NCBI GenBank assembly: GCA_951406725.2
Contig: OX597820.1
Location: 20,460,001-20,524,000 of the forward strand
Direction of reading: 5' to 3'
DNA length: 64,000 nucleotides
Source of the DNA: Octopus vulgaris
Taxonomy: Eukaryota
Part shown: piece after piece, positions 39,582-53,330 of the stretch
How the letters are laid out: each line of letters starts with the position of its first letter
How positions within the stretch are numbered: position 1 is the first letter of the stretch
The notes under the pieces: model-generated
Databases searched by the model: none
Seen by the model: the letters and a program-made list of their open reading frames with translations, nothing else
Told to the model about the DNA's origin: nothing
Program-made: the position numbers and the translations under genes

Positions 39582-39718
39582 CTCTGTTTGTCTGTCTGTC
39601 TGTCTATATATAATTAATATTTGGCAAAAGTAATGGAGTGACTCAAGAGCCAAGAGTTTCGTATATTTGATACATGCTAACGCCCAGAACTTTCGACCTT
39701 GAATCACTCTGTTAATTC

Positions 39719-39761
<43 letters not shown>

Positions 39762-39764
<3 letters not shown>

Positions 39765-40893
39765 TGTTGTATCTGGAGAGAGTCATTTTCTTTTTGTACC
39801 TTATGTTCACGAGAAGCGTTCCAGAAGACCACGAACATCGACAACCACCACCACCAACCAAGAAAGAGTACTGGAAACGTATCACCAATGTCCAAGAAAA
39901 TCTATGCGGCAAGCGAGTCGTGAGGTAGGTATGTCAAAATCGTCTGTTCAACGCATTTAGAATGGAAAAGTTACGTTCCAAGATTAGTCCATGCTATTAA
40001 TGCCGGTGATCCAGACCGGAGAGTGCAGTATTGCGAATGGAACTTGGCACGATGTGTAGAAGATGCACACTTTCCAACAAATATTGCGTGGAGCGATGAA
40101 ACCACATTCAAATTAAATGGTTCATTTAACTGCCAAAATTACATCTACTGGGGACCTGAGGATCCGCATATTATGGCGGAACACCATGTTAATTTACCAG
40201 GAGTTACAGTGTGATGTGGCTTATGATCAAGAGGATTAACTGGACCGTTCTTTTATGACGCTACTGTAACTGGTCCCATTTAGTTGAACTTGCTGCAACA
40301 GTCTGTCATGCCAAGCATTAGAGAAGACTTTGAAGATGAGGTGTTTTGTTTTCAGCAAGATGGGGCACCGCCACACTACCATCGCGATGTTAAATCCTTC
40401 CTTGATGAGATCTTGCTAAACAGGTGGATTGGACGAAGGGGTTTCGTTCAATACCCTCCACATTCGCCAGACCTCACACCACTAGACTTTTTTTTATGGG
40501 GATACCTAAAAGCCAAAGTTTACGCTCTGAAACCTACAAGAGTCGCTGACTTGAGAGCAGCCATTGAACGAGAATGCACACAGATACCAAACGAATTGTT
40601 TCGTGGTGCTTGCGATTCCATTGCTTCGTGTGGTCAGAAATGCCTGGATCAGAATGGACGTCAGTTTGAAACAGTTAAAAAAAAATTTTTTTTTTACTTG
40701 TTTCAGTCATTTGACTGCGGCCATGCTGGAGGATCGCCTTTAGTCGAGCAACTCGACCCCGGGACTTATTCTTTGTAAGCCCAGTACTTATTCTATCGGC
40801 CTCTTTTGCCGAACCGCTAAGTGACGGGGACATAAACACACCAGCATCGGTTGTCAAGCAATGCTAGGGGGACAAACACAAACACACAAACAT

Positions 40894-40934
<41 letters not shown>

Positions 40935-41217
40935 CATATATACGACGGGCTTCTTTCAGTTTCCGTCTACCAAATCCACTCACTATCCTGAGGCTATAGT
41001 AGAAGACACTTGCCCAAGGTGCCACGCAGTGGGACCGAACCCGGAACCATGTGGTTGGTAAATAAGCTACTTACCACACAGCCACTCCTGCGCGTTGTTG
41101 ACAAAACAATAAAATAATGTCAGTAAGTTCTATTAAATTTTGAAAAGGAAATGTATTTTAATAAACACCTACTTTACAATTATCTAAAGTACGTATACAT
41201 TTTTTGGGGACACCCTG
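39762..41217 (+). mobile_element. Tc1/mariner DD41D (rosa/Visitor) transposon relic interrupted by a SINE
   Basis: [11 protein letters not shown]; QQDGAPPH..WIGRRG..PPHSPDLTPLDFFLWGYLK with 41 residues between D2 and D3; right end GGACACCCTG|TA. Confidence 0.88.
40690..41094 (-). mobile_element. SINE family 1 nested in the DD41D element
   Basis: Family match. Confidence 0.9.
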
Positions 41218-41248
<31 letters not shown>

Positions 41249-41562
41249 AATCACAAACAGGATCTTATACTTGGACTTAAATGTGTTGACACCTTCCTCC
41301 CTTCGTGATTACCCATACACATCAGCTGGTTATTATCATGTGACAATTGACGGAGAGAAGGTTAAAAAGATATGATCTTGTGACGTCAAGTGATGTTCAC
41401 CGTTGCCCCGGAAAATTCGTCTTTAAATTGTTTTTAGCATGTATTAGCATGTTGAAAATAGTTGGGGGTGTGAGGTAGGTGTGTGATTGATAAAGAATTC
41501 CTTGAAATACGAAGTTTTCAGTCTAAAATGCATACATACATACATATATACATACACAGACA

Positions 41563-41650
<88 letters not shown>

Positions 41651-41821
41651 TTATACATACATACATATATATAATATAGTATAATATAATATATATTTCT
41701 TTACTGCCCACAAGGGGCTAAACATCGACCTCAGTGCGAAACTGGTACTTTATCGACCCCGAAAGGATGAAAGGCAAAGTCGACCTCGGCGGAATTTGAA
41801 CTCAGAACGTAGCGGCAGATG

Positions 41822-41881
<60 letters not shown>

Positions 41882-42105
41882 TACACACACACACGAGCAC
41901 ACATATACATATACTATTGTCTCCCTGGGAGGTTGATTTGAAAGTAGGAAGCAGCAACAGGTTTTATTTCGTTTACTTTTATTATACGCCACCGAGTTAA
42001 CCAATAAATCAATTAAAAAATCGATTGTTTGAATAGTCGTTCTCTCAATCTATCAATATATCGGTCAAAGACTTTTTTTTATCGTCATGAATTATACGAA
42101 ATAAT

Positions 42106-42167
<62 letters not shown>

Positions 42168-42185
42168 CTGTCTATCTGTCTGTCT

Positions 42186-42230
<45 letters not shown>

Positions 42231-42841
42231 TTGTCTGTCTATCTAATACGCACGCACACACACACATACAAATATGCTTCTTATAATAATTATATTCTGT
42301 ATGTCTGTTCGTTTGTCGTGACATTGTTCGTACAGCGAACAATACACAGCAAAACTTGTAAAAACGCAACACATTCGCACACAACTACTCAACAACATAT
42401 ACGCACATTTATATGTGCAAGAACTCTCAGTATTTTGATGTAGTGTTTCTCAATATTTTTATCAATTCCGAAACAGCAGTTTTTTTCGTCTCTCGCTCAT
42501 TTAAAATTTGTGTCTTAACTCTTTGCGTTCGAAACACATTTGAATTTCTCTTCAGAGTTAAAAAGCTTAATTTAAAGCAAGAATAAATTTTATTATGTAT
42601 ATTGAGTATGGTTCCAGACATGGCCGTGTCGTTAAGAAGTCTATTTTGCCAGCATGTTGTTTCCGGGTTCGATCTCAATACGAAGAAATGTTGGGAGGGG
42701 TTTTCCTCTGTAGCAAGCATAGGATTGAAGGACATCTTGTGTGTTAGAGACCGTAGATGGGGACACTGCACAAACGACGACCGGACACACAGAAACACAC
42801 ACATACACACACACACACACACAAACACACACATATACATT

Positions 42842-42906
<65 letters not shown>

Positions 42907-42975
42907 TGTGTATGCATGTATGTATGTTTATACATAGTCTGCTTCTGATACATTTTTGCGCTTTTTAACACTGTA

Positions 42976-43438
42976 TGTTAGTTAGTTAGTTAGTTAGTTA
43001 ATTTGGCTCAAAAGCAAATAGCAAGGCCATGTAGGGGGACATGGAGTTAAGTACAGGGTGGTGTTCATGTAAAGAGTTCAGGCCACTTGAGGTCCAGGGA
43101 GGCTTTGAACAAAGCGGTCGTCGGCATCTTCACCATCTCGTCTGGCAGCTTGTTCCACGGATCCGCAACCCGGACGGAGAAAGCTCCTCTCCTTCGATTG
43201 AGATGAAATCGTCGCAGGTAGAGCTTTTCGGAATGACCTCGCAGCCGACGCTCTGGAGCAGGAGTGAAGAACAGCTCTTTCGAGAGGTTACACTTTCCGC
43301 TTATGATGTTGTGGGCGAGAATGAGATCACTACGGCGGCAGCGTTTTTCAAGAGAATAAAGGTCGAGCGTCCTCAGCCTTTCTTCGTAGGACAAATTTTT
43401 GAGACCATGAACCATGCGGGTAGCCAGCTTCTGGACTC
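42976..43438 (-). mobile_element. CR1-type LINE 3' fragment (part of inverted duplication of 19148-20034)
   Basis: ~99% identical to 19148-19605. Confidence 0.92.
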
Positions 43439-44600
43439 ATCCGTTGAATTTCTTTCCGTGTCATGCCTTAATTTTAATATCATGTCACACTCTTCCGACA
43501 GTTTCTGCAATGTTAAATCTTGGTCCATTTCGAGTTTTGCTAGAATTCGCGTTCGGATTTCTGTATCCCTTTAATCCTTGGGCAAAAATCAAATACTTGA
43601 AAGAATCTGGAGTAAGTACATCCAGCCTAAATTTACCACATTCTTTGTTAACTCCACCCGTGTAAGTAGTGAAGTCTTCATCTTCGCTCTTCTTTATGTT
43701 TAAACATTTCCATCTAGTATTAAAGAGTGAGGTTTTTTCACTAAACATTTTATACAAAATGTCAATTGTGTCGATGAAATTTATGTCGGACGGTTTTTTG
43801 TTTTTGGCAATATGAAGTTAATATATTGGGTTGTCCGGAAAGTTCGTGCCGATTTTTAAAGGAAATAAAGTGGTCAATAAATACTTGCCATTACATTTTT
43901 AATCAACCAAATATGAACCATTTTGTTGCACAATGCGTTTCCATCTTTCCTTTAACTTGAAAATACCCTCTTCCCAGAATTGAGGTGGTTTCATGGCAAA
44001 GAATTCATCAAGGTATCTTTTTAAGTCATCCAAGGAATTGAAATTTTTACCATTAAGACTATTCTGCAGAGACCTGAATAAGTGGAAATCCAAAGGAGCA
44101 ATACCTGGTGAATATGGAGGGTGGGGTAACACATCCAGCCGAGCTGCACCAATTTTTGTCTTGTTCCCAAAGCATCAAGTGCTGAAAATAAACTTTCTTA
44201 CCTTCCATATTAAAGGGTTACAGAATTAACACAGGTTATAGGAACATAAACCTTCTTCCACGAAAAGATAGCTTAAACTCTGCTCTAAATGGAGGTGTAG
44301 TCAAATCCTATTCCATGGACTCAACCATGTTCTAAAATAAGTCGAACGGTAAGCTACTATAAATCGGCACGAACTTTCCGGACAACTCAATACTTCTCAT
44401 GGTTTTCTTAAAACTAGACACGTTTTCATTTTGTCCGTCCAATCCTGACGTTTTTCTTCAAAAATTTGTTCAAATCTTCGAATGTAAGCCTCGAAGGTTA
44501 ATCCTTCATCGGGGTTATAATTGAATTCACTTATAGAATCTGCTACATGGTCATGGTGAAAATGTATTCTTTGATTTGGTTATCAACTTCATTAGTTGTA
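43439..44600 (-). mobile_element. Gypsy (K02A2.6-like) gag relic split by a mariner insertion
   Basis: DSISEFNYNPDEGLTFEAYIRRFEQIFEE..WTDKMK | YINFILPK..MFSEKTSLFNTRWKCLN..FKYLIFAQGL..IRTRILAKLE. Confidence 0.8.
43826..44390 (-). mobile_element. Internally deleted mariner element, same family as 20479-21041
   Basis: Same TIRs, TA TSD; HPPYSPGIAPLDFHLF..GIFKLKERW. Confidence 0.93.
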
Positions 44601-44774
44601 ACATTTTCTGCTGCAATCCTTGTTGTTGTTCTTGTTCTTCCTTGAGTTGTTGTTGCTATATATACATATATACAATAATAACCAAGGGTAAAATTAATTA
44701 ATTAAGAAGTAATCAGTAATTTCACCAAGCAGAATTCGGCATGAAAAAGACCATTTCATGGTAAGCTTAACTAA

Positions 44775-45050
44775 TACTTTATAAATAGAGTTCAGCAACG
44801 ATTTGCTTCACCACATACCGAAGTTTAGAAATAGCAGCCAAAAAATCTTAGCTATTCCTTCTACTTTAAAAGGGGCACCCAGAAAAACCAAAGTACTTGA
44901 AAACAATCCACGCAGGCAAAAGGGAAAAATAACGAAAATCATTGGGAGCCCCTTTTAAAGTAGAAGGAGTAGCTAAGATTTTTTTACTGCTATTTCTAAA
45001 CTTCGGTATGTGGTGAAGTAAATCGTTGCTGAACCCTATTTATAAAGTAT
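44775..45050. repeat. Fold-back inverted repeat (~106-bp arms, 63-nt loop) between TA-rich tracts
   Basis: 44775-44880 vs 44944-45050. Confidence 0.88.
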
Positions 45051-45067
45051 ACATATATACATATATA

Positions 45068-45231
45068 CAACGGGCTTCTTTCAGTTTCCGTCGACCAAAT
45101 CCACTCACAAGGCTTTGGTCGACCCGAGGCTATAGTTGAAGACACTTGCCCAAGGTGCCACGCAGTGGGACTGAACCTGGAACCATGTGGTTGGTAAGCA
45201 AGCTACTTACCACACAGCCACTCCTACGCCT
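45068..45231 (-). mobile_element. SINE family 1, 5' module only
   Basis: Family match. Confidence 0.85.
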
Positions 45232-45669
45232 GTACTTTCTTTTACCCAAAGCCAGGAATTTTTCAGCACCCTCTTGCACTATCTTTCGGTGATACTTTTA
45301 CATTCGATTTCATATACATGTTTTAGTATTTTATGATCCTTCTCGAAGTCCCTAGCAGCGTCAGTTTTGGAAAATGGGTTCAGGTGGGGGTCGAAACCTT
45401 CATACTGATTTAATTCATTTTACATGACGTCATTACTCTCAAAGATATAATTAGTTTTCATTTATCTAAGTGTAAATAATAATTTCCATTATCAAACATG
45501 TAACCTTTGTAACACGATATTTCAACGATATACGTACGTGCTTTCAGTATCACTTAATTGTTGCATATGGGCTTAATGGAAGACGTGACTCTTTTCACCT
45601 ACGACAATGGTTCCCCAAAAATTGAGAAAAAGCCCCTCCCCAACAAAATTTTTAATGAAATGTATATAT

Positions 45670-45729
<60 letters not shown>

Positions 45730-45730
<1 letters not shown>

Positions 45731-46106
45731 CTCATTTACTCTTTTATTTGTTTCAGTCATTTGACTGCGGCCATGCTGGAGCACCGCCTTTAGTCGAGCA
45801 AATCAACCCCTGGAAGCCTAGTACTTATTCTATCGGTCTCTTTTGCCGAACCACTAATTTACGGGGACGTTAACACACTAGCATCAGTTGTCAAGCGATG
45901 TTGAGGGTACAAACACAGACACACAAACATATATATATGCATATATACGACAGGCTTCTTTCAGTTTCCGTCAACCAAATCAACTCACAACGCTTTGGAC
46001 GGCCCGAGGCTATAGTAGAAGACACTTGCCCAAGGTGCCACGCAGTGGGATTGAACCCACAACCATGTGGCTGGTAAGCAAGCTACTTACCACACAGCCA
46101 CTCCTG
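45730..46106 (-). mobile_element. SINE family 1
   Basis: Family match. Confidence 0.88.
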
Positions 46107-46746
46107 TATATATATATATATATATATGTATGTATATATATATATACCCACACACATATATATATCATATATACATGTGTGTGTGTGTGTGTGTTTGTAT
46201 ATGTATGTATGTATGTATATTGGTCCACATCCTCTTTGTTAAGGAAAATGTGAATTTGTATCTATAATTTTACTTTACTTCGCCATGGTGTTGGAGAGGC
46301 TTAAATAGTTTAAAGCCATCATGGTTTAAATATGGCAATTTAGCTGCCGCTTTTCAATCTTCACTCCCCAGGGGTTCTGACCTTTACAATGGCAAACATT
46401 GACCTACAATTTCTCCTTGACTTTCGCTGATTTCTTTGTTTTCCTTTTGCGCACTCCCTCTTTCTCTCGTATTGTTTTTCTCACACACTTTTTCCAATGG
46501 TGTTACTATCTCTAATCTTTCGATGACTCTTCTACTTTTTTCTCCAATTACAAATACATACGTTTTCTGTCACGTAACAACTAACACAGGGTCACCAATG
46601 GGTATCACTTATTTTGTTATTATTGCTACTTTTTTGTTTATTTATCTGTTTATTTATTTTTATGGCTGATCGGCTAGTTGATAATTTAATTCAGATATTA
46701 ATTGAAATTTCGGTCATATTCATTTATAAGCGTAATATCACGTAAT

Positions 46747-47064
46747 AGGCGCGGGAGTGGCTGTGTGGTAAGTAGCTTGCTAACCAACCACATGGTTCCG
46801 GGTTCAGTCCCACTGCGTGGCATCTTGGGCAAGTGTCTTCTGCTATAGCCTCGGGCCGACCAAAGCCTTGTGAGTGGATTTGGTAGACGGAAACTGAAAG
46901 AAGCCTGTCGTATATATGTATATATATATATATATGTGTGTGTGTTTAAGTACTGGACTTACAAAGAATAAGTCCCGGGGTCGATTTGCTCGACTAAAGG
47001 CGGTGCTCCAGCATGGCCGCAGTCAAATGACTGAAACAAGTAAAAGAGTAAAGAGTAAAGAGAG
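46747..47064 (+). mobile_element. SINE family 1 with internal deletion
   Basis: Family match. Confidence 0.88.
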
Positions 47065-47959
47065 TCATCATCATCTGATGTCTTCAACATAATAATAATA
47101 GTAATAGTTTCTCTAATGCTGGATAGGGGTCGACAACTAAGAAAAGCTGCGGTAGGATTTGCACTCTGACTTCGTTAAACACTCACCAGTGACTTCTACC
47201 CAAACAGACCCTTCTAGTTCTCTCCTCCATGGAAGTACTTCGACTGCTTATAAGGCACGTCGTATGGGAGGAAGCCCTAGGCGACAGAATGGGTTGGAAG
47301 GATGTTGCTTGTGTGGGTGAAAAGAGGTCCTTTGGAATATTATCTAAAATTTTAGAAAACCATTTCAAAAATCATACTTACAATGAGACGTACTTTACGC
47401 ATCAATTTCAAAGCTTCTCTTCCATAAAACGACTATTTTCTCCCTTTATGTGGCAACAAAACGTGAATTAGCGATCCACGAAGTTTAAAGATTGAAAAAT
47501 GAAAAAAAATATTTCAGATGAAACAGAAGTGAATTCCTTAATTCAACTTCCATCCATGCGACATTGCTTTGAAACAAAACTCGAGAACGTCTCGCGAGTT
47601 AATTTCCAGTTAAATTGTTAGAAAATGTATGCAAAAATGTTTATAAAAAAATGTATATGTATATATAAGAAAGAAATCAGATACTTTATGCCTTCGTTTA
47701 CAAAGCGAGAATCTGGATTCTCTAATCCGATTTACATAAATAATATGCATATGATCAAACTGGATGTAGAGTGAGATTTCAGACTAACGTTAATTCTTTT
47801 TGAGAAAGCAAACAACACCATCCTTCACAATGAAAAGGCGAAATATATTTTTTTCTTACGTCACCTTTGTATTTCTGGTATTTCTCACTTCGTTAATTTT
47901 CTTTCGCATGAACATACGTGCTCGATTATATATTTGCAACTTTCTCCAGTAGACTGTAG

Positions 47960-47997
<38 letters not shown>

Positions 47998-48641
47998 TTA
48001 TTATATAGAAGGAGCTTCTACAGGACTAGTACTGTTTCATTCAAGAGAAATCTTCATGATGTAGCATCTACCAGTAATGATAAGTACGGCTTCAAATCAA
48101 ATAAGGCCCCTCCTACCAACAGCCTACTTGAACCGTTTGAAGAAGACCTCTTCCTCATGATAAAAAACATCAAATTCAGGAGAGTCAACTTACCTTTCCA
48201 AACGGAACTGAATGCGAAGCTTTCGAAAATGAAAAGCTCCCAGAACCTCCATGTCCCTTCGGACAAGACAAAAAATATTTACGCGGTGACTCCGGATACC
48301 TATAATAGACTAGCCGATAACGCCATCACAGCTAAATACAAGAAAGTAGACGACGCAGCGCTAACTGAAACCAACTTGGCCGGGAAAGAGATTGCCACCT
48401 CCCTTAAAATCGACGACCGAACAGAACCCCTGAGGGTGAAGTCCCCACACTTCACCCTGAAAGACCACAAAGACCATTTCGAAAATAAACCGTCGGTCCG
48501 TTTAAAAAAGCTGAAGATTTCTCTTGAATGAAACAGTACTAGTCCTGTAGAAGCTCCTTCTATATAATAAATTAATTTTACTCTGCTATGTATTGAGTAC
48601 CTTACTTACTGTGGTTAACCCCGAATCAACCCGGGACCTAC
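47998..48641 (+). mobile_element. Penelope-like element fragment (probably Naiad clade) with inverted terminal segment, in (TA)n
   Basis: ORF 47992-48531: YGFKS..PP..L.PFEEDL..IKNIKF..SDKT.NIY..ITAKYKK..LKIDDR..FTLKDHKDHFENKPSVRL; 47998-48056 is the inverse of 48512-48571. Confidence 0.8.
48509..48550 (+). ncRNA. Hammerhead-like motif, stem I 5' strand truncated
   Basis: AG-CTGAAGA-TTTC-TCTT-GAAT-GAAAC-AGTACTA-GTC|CTGTAG. Confidence 0.5.
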
Positions 48642-48707
<66 letters not shown>

Positions 48708-48855
48708 GTATATATATATGTATATATATATGTATATATATATATGTATATATATATATGTATATATATATGTATATATATGTATATATATGTATATATG
48801 TATATGTATATATGTGTATACATATATATATGTATATATATATATATACGTATAC

Positions 48856-48912
<57 letters not shown>

Positions 48913-48989
48913 TATATACATGTATACATATATATATATGTATACATATACATACAAACATATACATACAAATATATATATATATATAT

Positions 48990-49047
<58 letters not shown>

Positions 49048-49070
49048 GTATGCATATGTGTGTATGTATA
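48642..49070. repeat. Long degenerate (TA)n array
   Basis: Direct reading. Confidence 0.95.
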
Positions 49071-49745
49071 TCATTTATGTATTTATTATTAACTCTCTGA
49101 TGAAAATGTAAATAGATATTAAAAACAAGTAAAATGTAATGTTTTGGTTATTTTAAGATCTAAGAAAATATTTTATGGTGTCTATAAATTGTTTTAATCA
49201 GAAGGTTATTATTATTATTAGATATGAATCATATCTATTTTCTTATAGGCATTAGCGTGGGCTGCGAAAACAATATTACAAAAAATGCTGGTCTATTGTC
49301 TGAAAAGTTTGGATACGCTGTGATTAATACTATTGAGAAAAATCTGTGAAAGATTATCTAACAAAATTAACAAATTTATAACGACACACGTAGACAATAC
49401 ATAGCAGTTGTAAAAGCAGGCATAGCGCATAGCTGAGTGGTTAAGATGTTTGCCTCGCAAGCGTGAGATCTCGTGTTCGATCCTACTGTATGATGTTTCA
49501 TTTAAGTGTGCTTATCACATCTTCGGATCGACCCAAGCATTTTGAGTGAATTTAGACGGAAATTTTAAAGATGCCCTGCAATTCAAGGGTCCAGTCTTGT
49601 CATGCGGATTCTATATAGATTAAGAGTACACGTGCTTGTGAAATGCTCAACCGCTTTGCACGCTCACAGGATGTCCAATCAAAATGGAAGCCCATTATCA
49701 TTGTAATATTTCATACGTAATTATTTGATTGTGAAATATTCGTAA

Positions 49746-51312
49746 TCTTTACATATATATAAAACTGAGGATGTGTGTTTGTCTGTCTGTCTGTGTGTTT
49801 CCCTAAAACTTGAGAACTACACAACCAATTTCATTCAAATTTTACACATGCCTTACTTGGGGTCCGGAGAGTGTCATCAGCATTTGCCTAGGACGAGCCC
49901 ACAGCAATATCATATCTCCTCCACTACGATTCCCTACAACTTGAGAACTACACAACCAATTTCATTCAAATTTTACACAGGCGCAGGAGTGTCTGTGTGG
50001 TAAGTAGCTTGCTAACCAACCACATGGTTCCGGGTTCAGTCCCAATGCGTGGCAACTTGGGCAAGTGTCTTCTGCTATAGCCCCGGGCCGACCAATGCCT
50101 TGTGAGTGGATTTGGTAGACGGAAACTGAAAGAAGCCTGTTGTATATATGTATATATATATGTGTGTGTGTGTTTGTATGTCTGTGTTTGTCCACCTAGC
50201 AATACTTGACAACCGATGCTGGTGTGTTTACGTCCCCGTAACTTAGCGGTTCGGCAAAAGAGACCGATAGAATAAGTACTGGGCAGACAAAGAACAAGTC
50301 CCGGGGTCGATTTGCTCGACTAAAGGCGGTGCTCCAGCATGGCCGCAGTCAAATGACTGAAACAAGTAAAAGAGTAAAAGAGTATGCCTTACTTAGGGTC
50401 CATGTAGTTTCATGGACAAAAAAAAATGTTCAACTTCTTGCCTAGGGCGAGCCCATAGCAATATCATATCTTCTCCACTATTTCAGTATTACGTGTTAAA
50501 AGTGAAACAAAAACATTTCTCTATTTTATGTCAGATACTTTCACTTTAACAATAAAAATAATAATAACACTTGAATTATATGTAGTAAGTAATAATTAAA
50601 ATCAAACTAAAGTATAATATAATCGTAACATAACAAAAGTAAAAATAGCAATTGGTATAAAATTGCATCAACGACTTGAACTTGAATAAGTGGTTTCACA
50701 TGAATGGGAATAAATTAAAAATAAAATTAGCGTGCAGAAATGGAATAGTCCAGATGGATAATAAAGAATTAAATTAAAGAAAAGACTATTGTCTATTAAG
50801 TATACAATGTAGAGAAAAAAGAAGATTTGAACACCTGGAGGAAAGCACCATCGAAAAGTGTCTTGGTGCGACTATGAAAGATATCTAACCAGAGGCAGTA
50901 AATTCGCCACAATAGAAGCAAGGTTCGAGTCAACGGAGCGTTCAAGGGAGTACTCGACTCGAACTTGCAAAGTGGAAATATTTTATTTTTACCTTTATAT
51001 CTGGGACGTAGGACGTGCCGGATAAAAATTAAAAATGCCCTCCCCCCAGAAGTTGAGGTAGGCTGGATTGTAGCCACACTTCTATACAAGAGGGAGGACA
51101 AGATACAATTGATCGAAATTGCAAGAGACGGGCTTACAATTCCAGTCTGTTATATATTTTGAGTATTGTTATCACTAGCGATATCAAGATATAACTTTGT
51201 ATTTTATGTGTAGATGTATATATATAGATGTACATGTAATATGTACACATATATATACACATATATACATGCACTAGCACTATGACCCGGCAACGACGGG
51301 TCATAATGCTAG
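49746..51312 (+). mobile_element. Non-autonomous Helitron with nested SINE
   Basis: A|TC start followed by (GTCT)n, internal direct repeat AACTTGAGAACTACACAACCAATTTCATTCAAATTTTACACA, terminal hairpin and CTAG|T. Confidence 0.65.
49979..50383 (+). mobile_element. SINE family 1 nested in Helitron
   Basis: Family match; interrupts TTTTACAC|ATGCCTTACTT. Confidence 0.9.
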
Positions 51313-51636
51313 TATATCATAAAATAGACGATATATATATGTATAGAAAGAAATTTAAAGATATCAAAATATGAGTTATACAACAGTAGACACACAAACA
51401 CGCGCACATACACACACGCACGCTTATATACATTCAAACGTATGTCTACACCATTTATTATAGTTTTTATATAATCACAAAGACTGAAACTCGAATCCAG
51501 TTCTTGATTGGTACTTCAATCAACGCCCACTTCCCAACCCTGTGTGCGTGAAAGAGGAATTTGATATTGGTATGATTAGAACTCAATCTATTTTCTCCGA
51601 CTCTGTAAAATCTATGTCAATTCCCAGCCCTTTGCA

Positions 51637-52250
51637 AGGCGGCGAGCTGGCAGAAACGTTAGTACGCCGGGCGAAATGCGTAGCGGTATTTCGTCTGCCG
51701 TTACCTTCTGAGTTCAAATTCCGCTGAGGTCGACTTTGCCTTTCATCCTTACGGGGTCGATAAATAAAGTACCAGTTACGCACTGGGGTCGATGTAATCG
51801 ACTTAATCCGTTTGTTTGTCCTTGTTTGTCCCCTCTATGTTTAGCCCCTTGTGGGCAATAAAGATATAAAACGTTAGCACGCCGTCCGATATGCTTAGCG
51901 GTATTTCGTCTGCCGTTACGTTACGTTCTGAGTTCAAATTCCGCCGAGGTCGACTTTGCTTTTCATCATTTCGGGGTCGATAATTTAAGTACCAGTCACG
52001 CACTGGGGTCGATGCAATCGACTTCATCCGTTTGTCTGTCCTTGTTTGTCCTCTCTGTGTTTAGCCCCTAGTGGGTAGTAAAGAAATAGGTATTTCATCT
52101 GTCTTCACGTTCTGAGTTCAAATTCCGCTGAGGTCGACTTTGCCTTCCATCCTTTAGGGATCGATAAATTAAGTACCAGTTGCGTACTGTGGTCGATCTA
52201 ATCGACTGGTCCCCTCCCCAACAATTTCGGGCATTGTGCCTAGAGTAGTC
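51637..52250 (+). mobile_element. SINE family 2, trimeric
   Basis: Head plus three body units. Confidence 0.88.
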
Positions 52251-52422
52251 GCAATGACCATCCGATCATTGAATAACAGTTTTTCAAAAATTGTTTTTTG
52301 CATTAACTGTTTTCAAATTTTGGTACAAGATCAGCAGCTGCAGGGGATTCTGTAAGTAGATTACATAGACTCCAGTGCTCAACTGGTACTTTTTTTATTG
52401 ACTCCGAAAGGATGAAAGGCAA

Positions 52423-52672
52423 TCATCATCATCATTGTTCGACCGTGGTCGAGACAATGGAATTTACCTTGCTACGCCAGACTTCACGGTCCATCATGGC
52501 ATTACGGAGGTCCTGTTGCTGGATGCCTGTATCCCTGGAGATTACATCAGGGTAGGAGAGTGTGCGCCCTCTGGTATTGCGAGTAGATGGCTTCCAGAGG
52601 AGAAGAGTAGAAATTACCTCTTTTTCAGCTCTACAACAATGTCCAGCAAACTGGACTCTCTTACCTTTTCAC
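52423..52672 (-). mobile_element. RTE-group LINE 3' end nested in a family 2 SINE
   Basis: RVQFAGHCCR..LLLWKP....RGR..YPDVISRDTG..AMMDREVWR; (GAT)n tail; TSD AAGGCAA. Confidence 0.8.
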
Positions 52673-52870
52673 AAGGCAAAGTCGACCCTCGTGTCATTTG
52701 ATCTCAGAACGTAGAGTCGGAAGAAATGCTGCTAAGCATTTTGTAAATATCCTGCCTGCTAACCGACTTTATTAGTGCATTAATTAAAACTACTTGCTCC
52801 CACCTTTCAGTCATCATTCCCTCTTTCATCGATATTCTACACAACTTTCCGAACGATATTTAAATCTAAC

Positions 52871-53088
52871 ACTCTTTTTACTCTTTTGCTTGTTTCAGTC
52901 ATGTGACTGCGGCCATGCTGGAGCAACGCCTTTAGTCGAGCAAATCGATCCCAGGACTCATTCTTTGTAAGCATAGTACTTATTCTATCAGTCTCTTTTG
53001 CCGAACCGGTATGTTACAGGGACGTAAACACACCACCATCGACTGTCAAGCGATGTTTGGGAGGACAAACACAGACACACAAACATAT

Positions 53089-53153
<65 letters not shown>

Positions 53154-53330
53154 CAAACACATATATATGGTGTGTTTATTTCAGTTTCCGTCAACCAAAT
53201 CCATTCACAAGGCTTTGGTTGGCCCGAGGCTATCGTAGAAGACACTTGCCCAAGGTGCCACGTAGTGGGACTGAGCCCGGAACCATGTGCTTGGCAAGCA
53301 AGCTACTTACCACACAGCCACTCCGACACC
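52871..53330 (-). mobile_element. SINE family 1
   Basis: Family match. Confidence 0.88.

Larger units (their letters stand above)
47340..49322 (+). mobile_element. Decayed hAT (Buster/Charlie-like) relic hosting the Penelope-like insertion
   Basis: ESGFSN..I....LDVE*DFRL.L..KQHHPSQ* (~47709-47833); TIR-like end GGTCTATTGTCTGAAAAGTTTGGATACGCTG at ~49290-49320. Confidence 0.55.

Noticed and set aside
49098-49136. CTGATGA..AAAAC hammerhead-like string; also TCATCAG at ~35308 and ~12800
   Set aside because: No GAAA and/or no stem I
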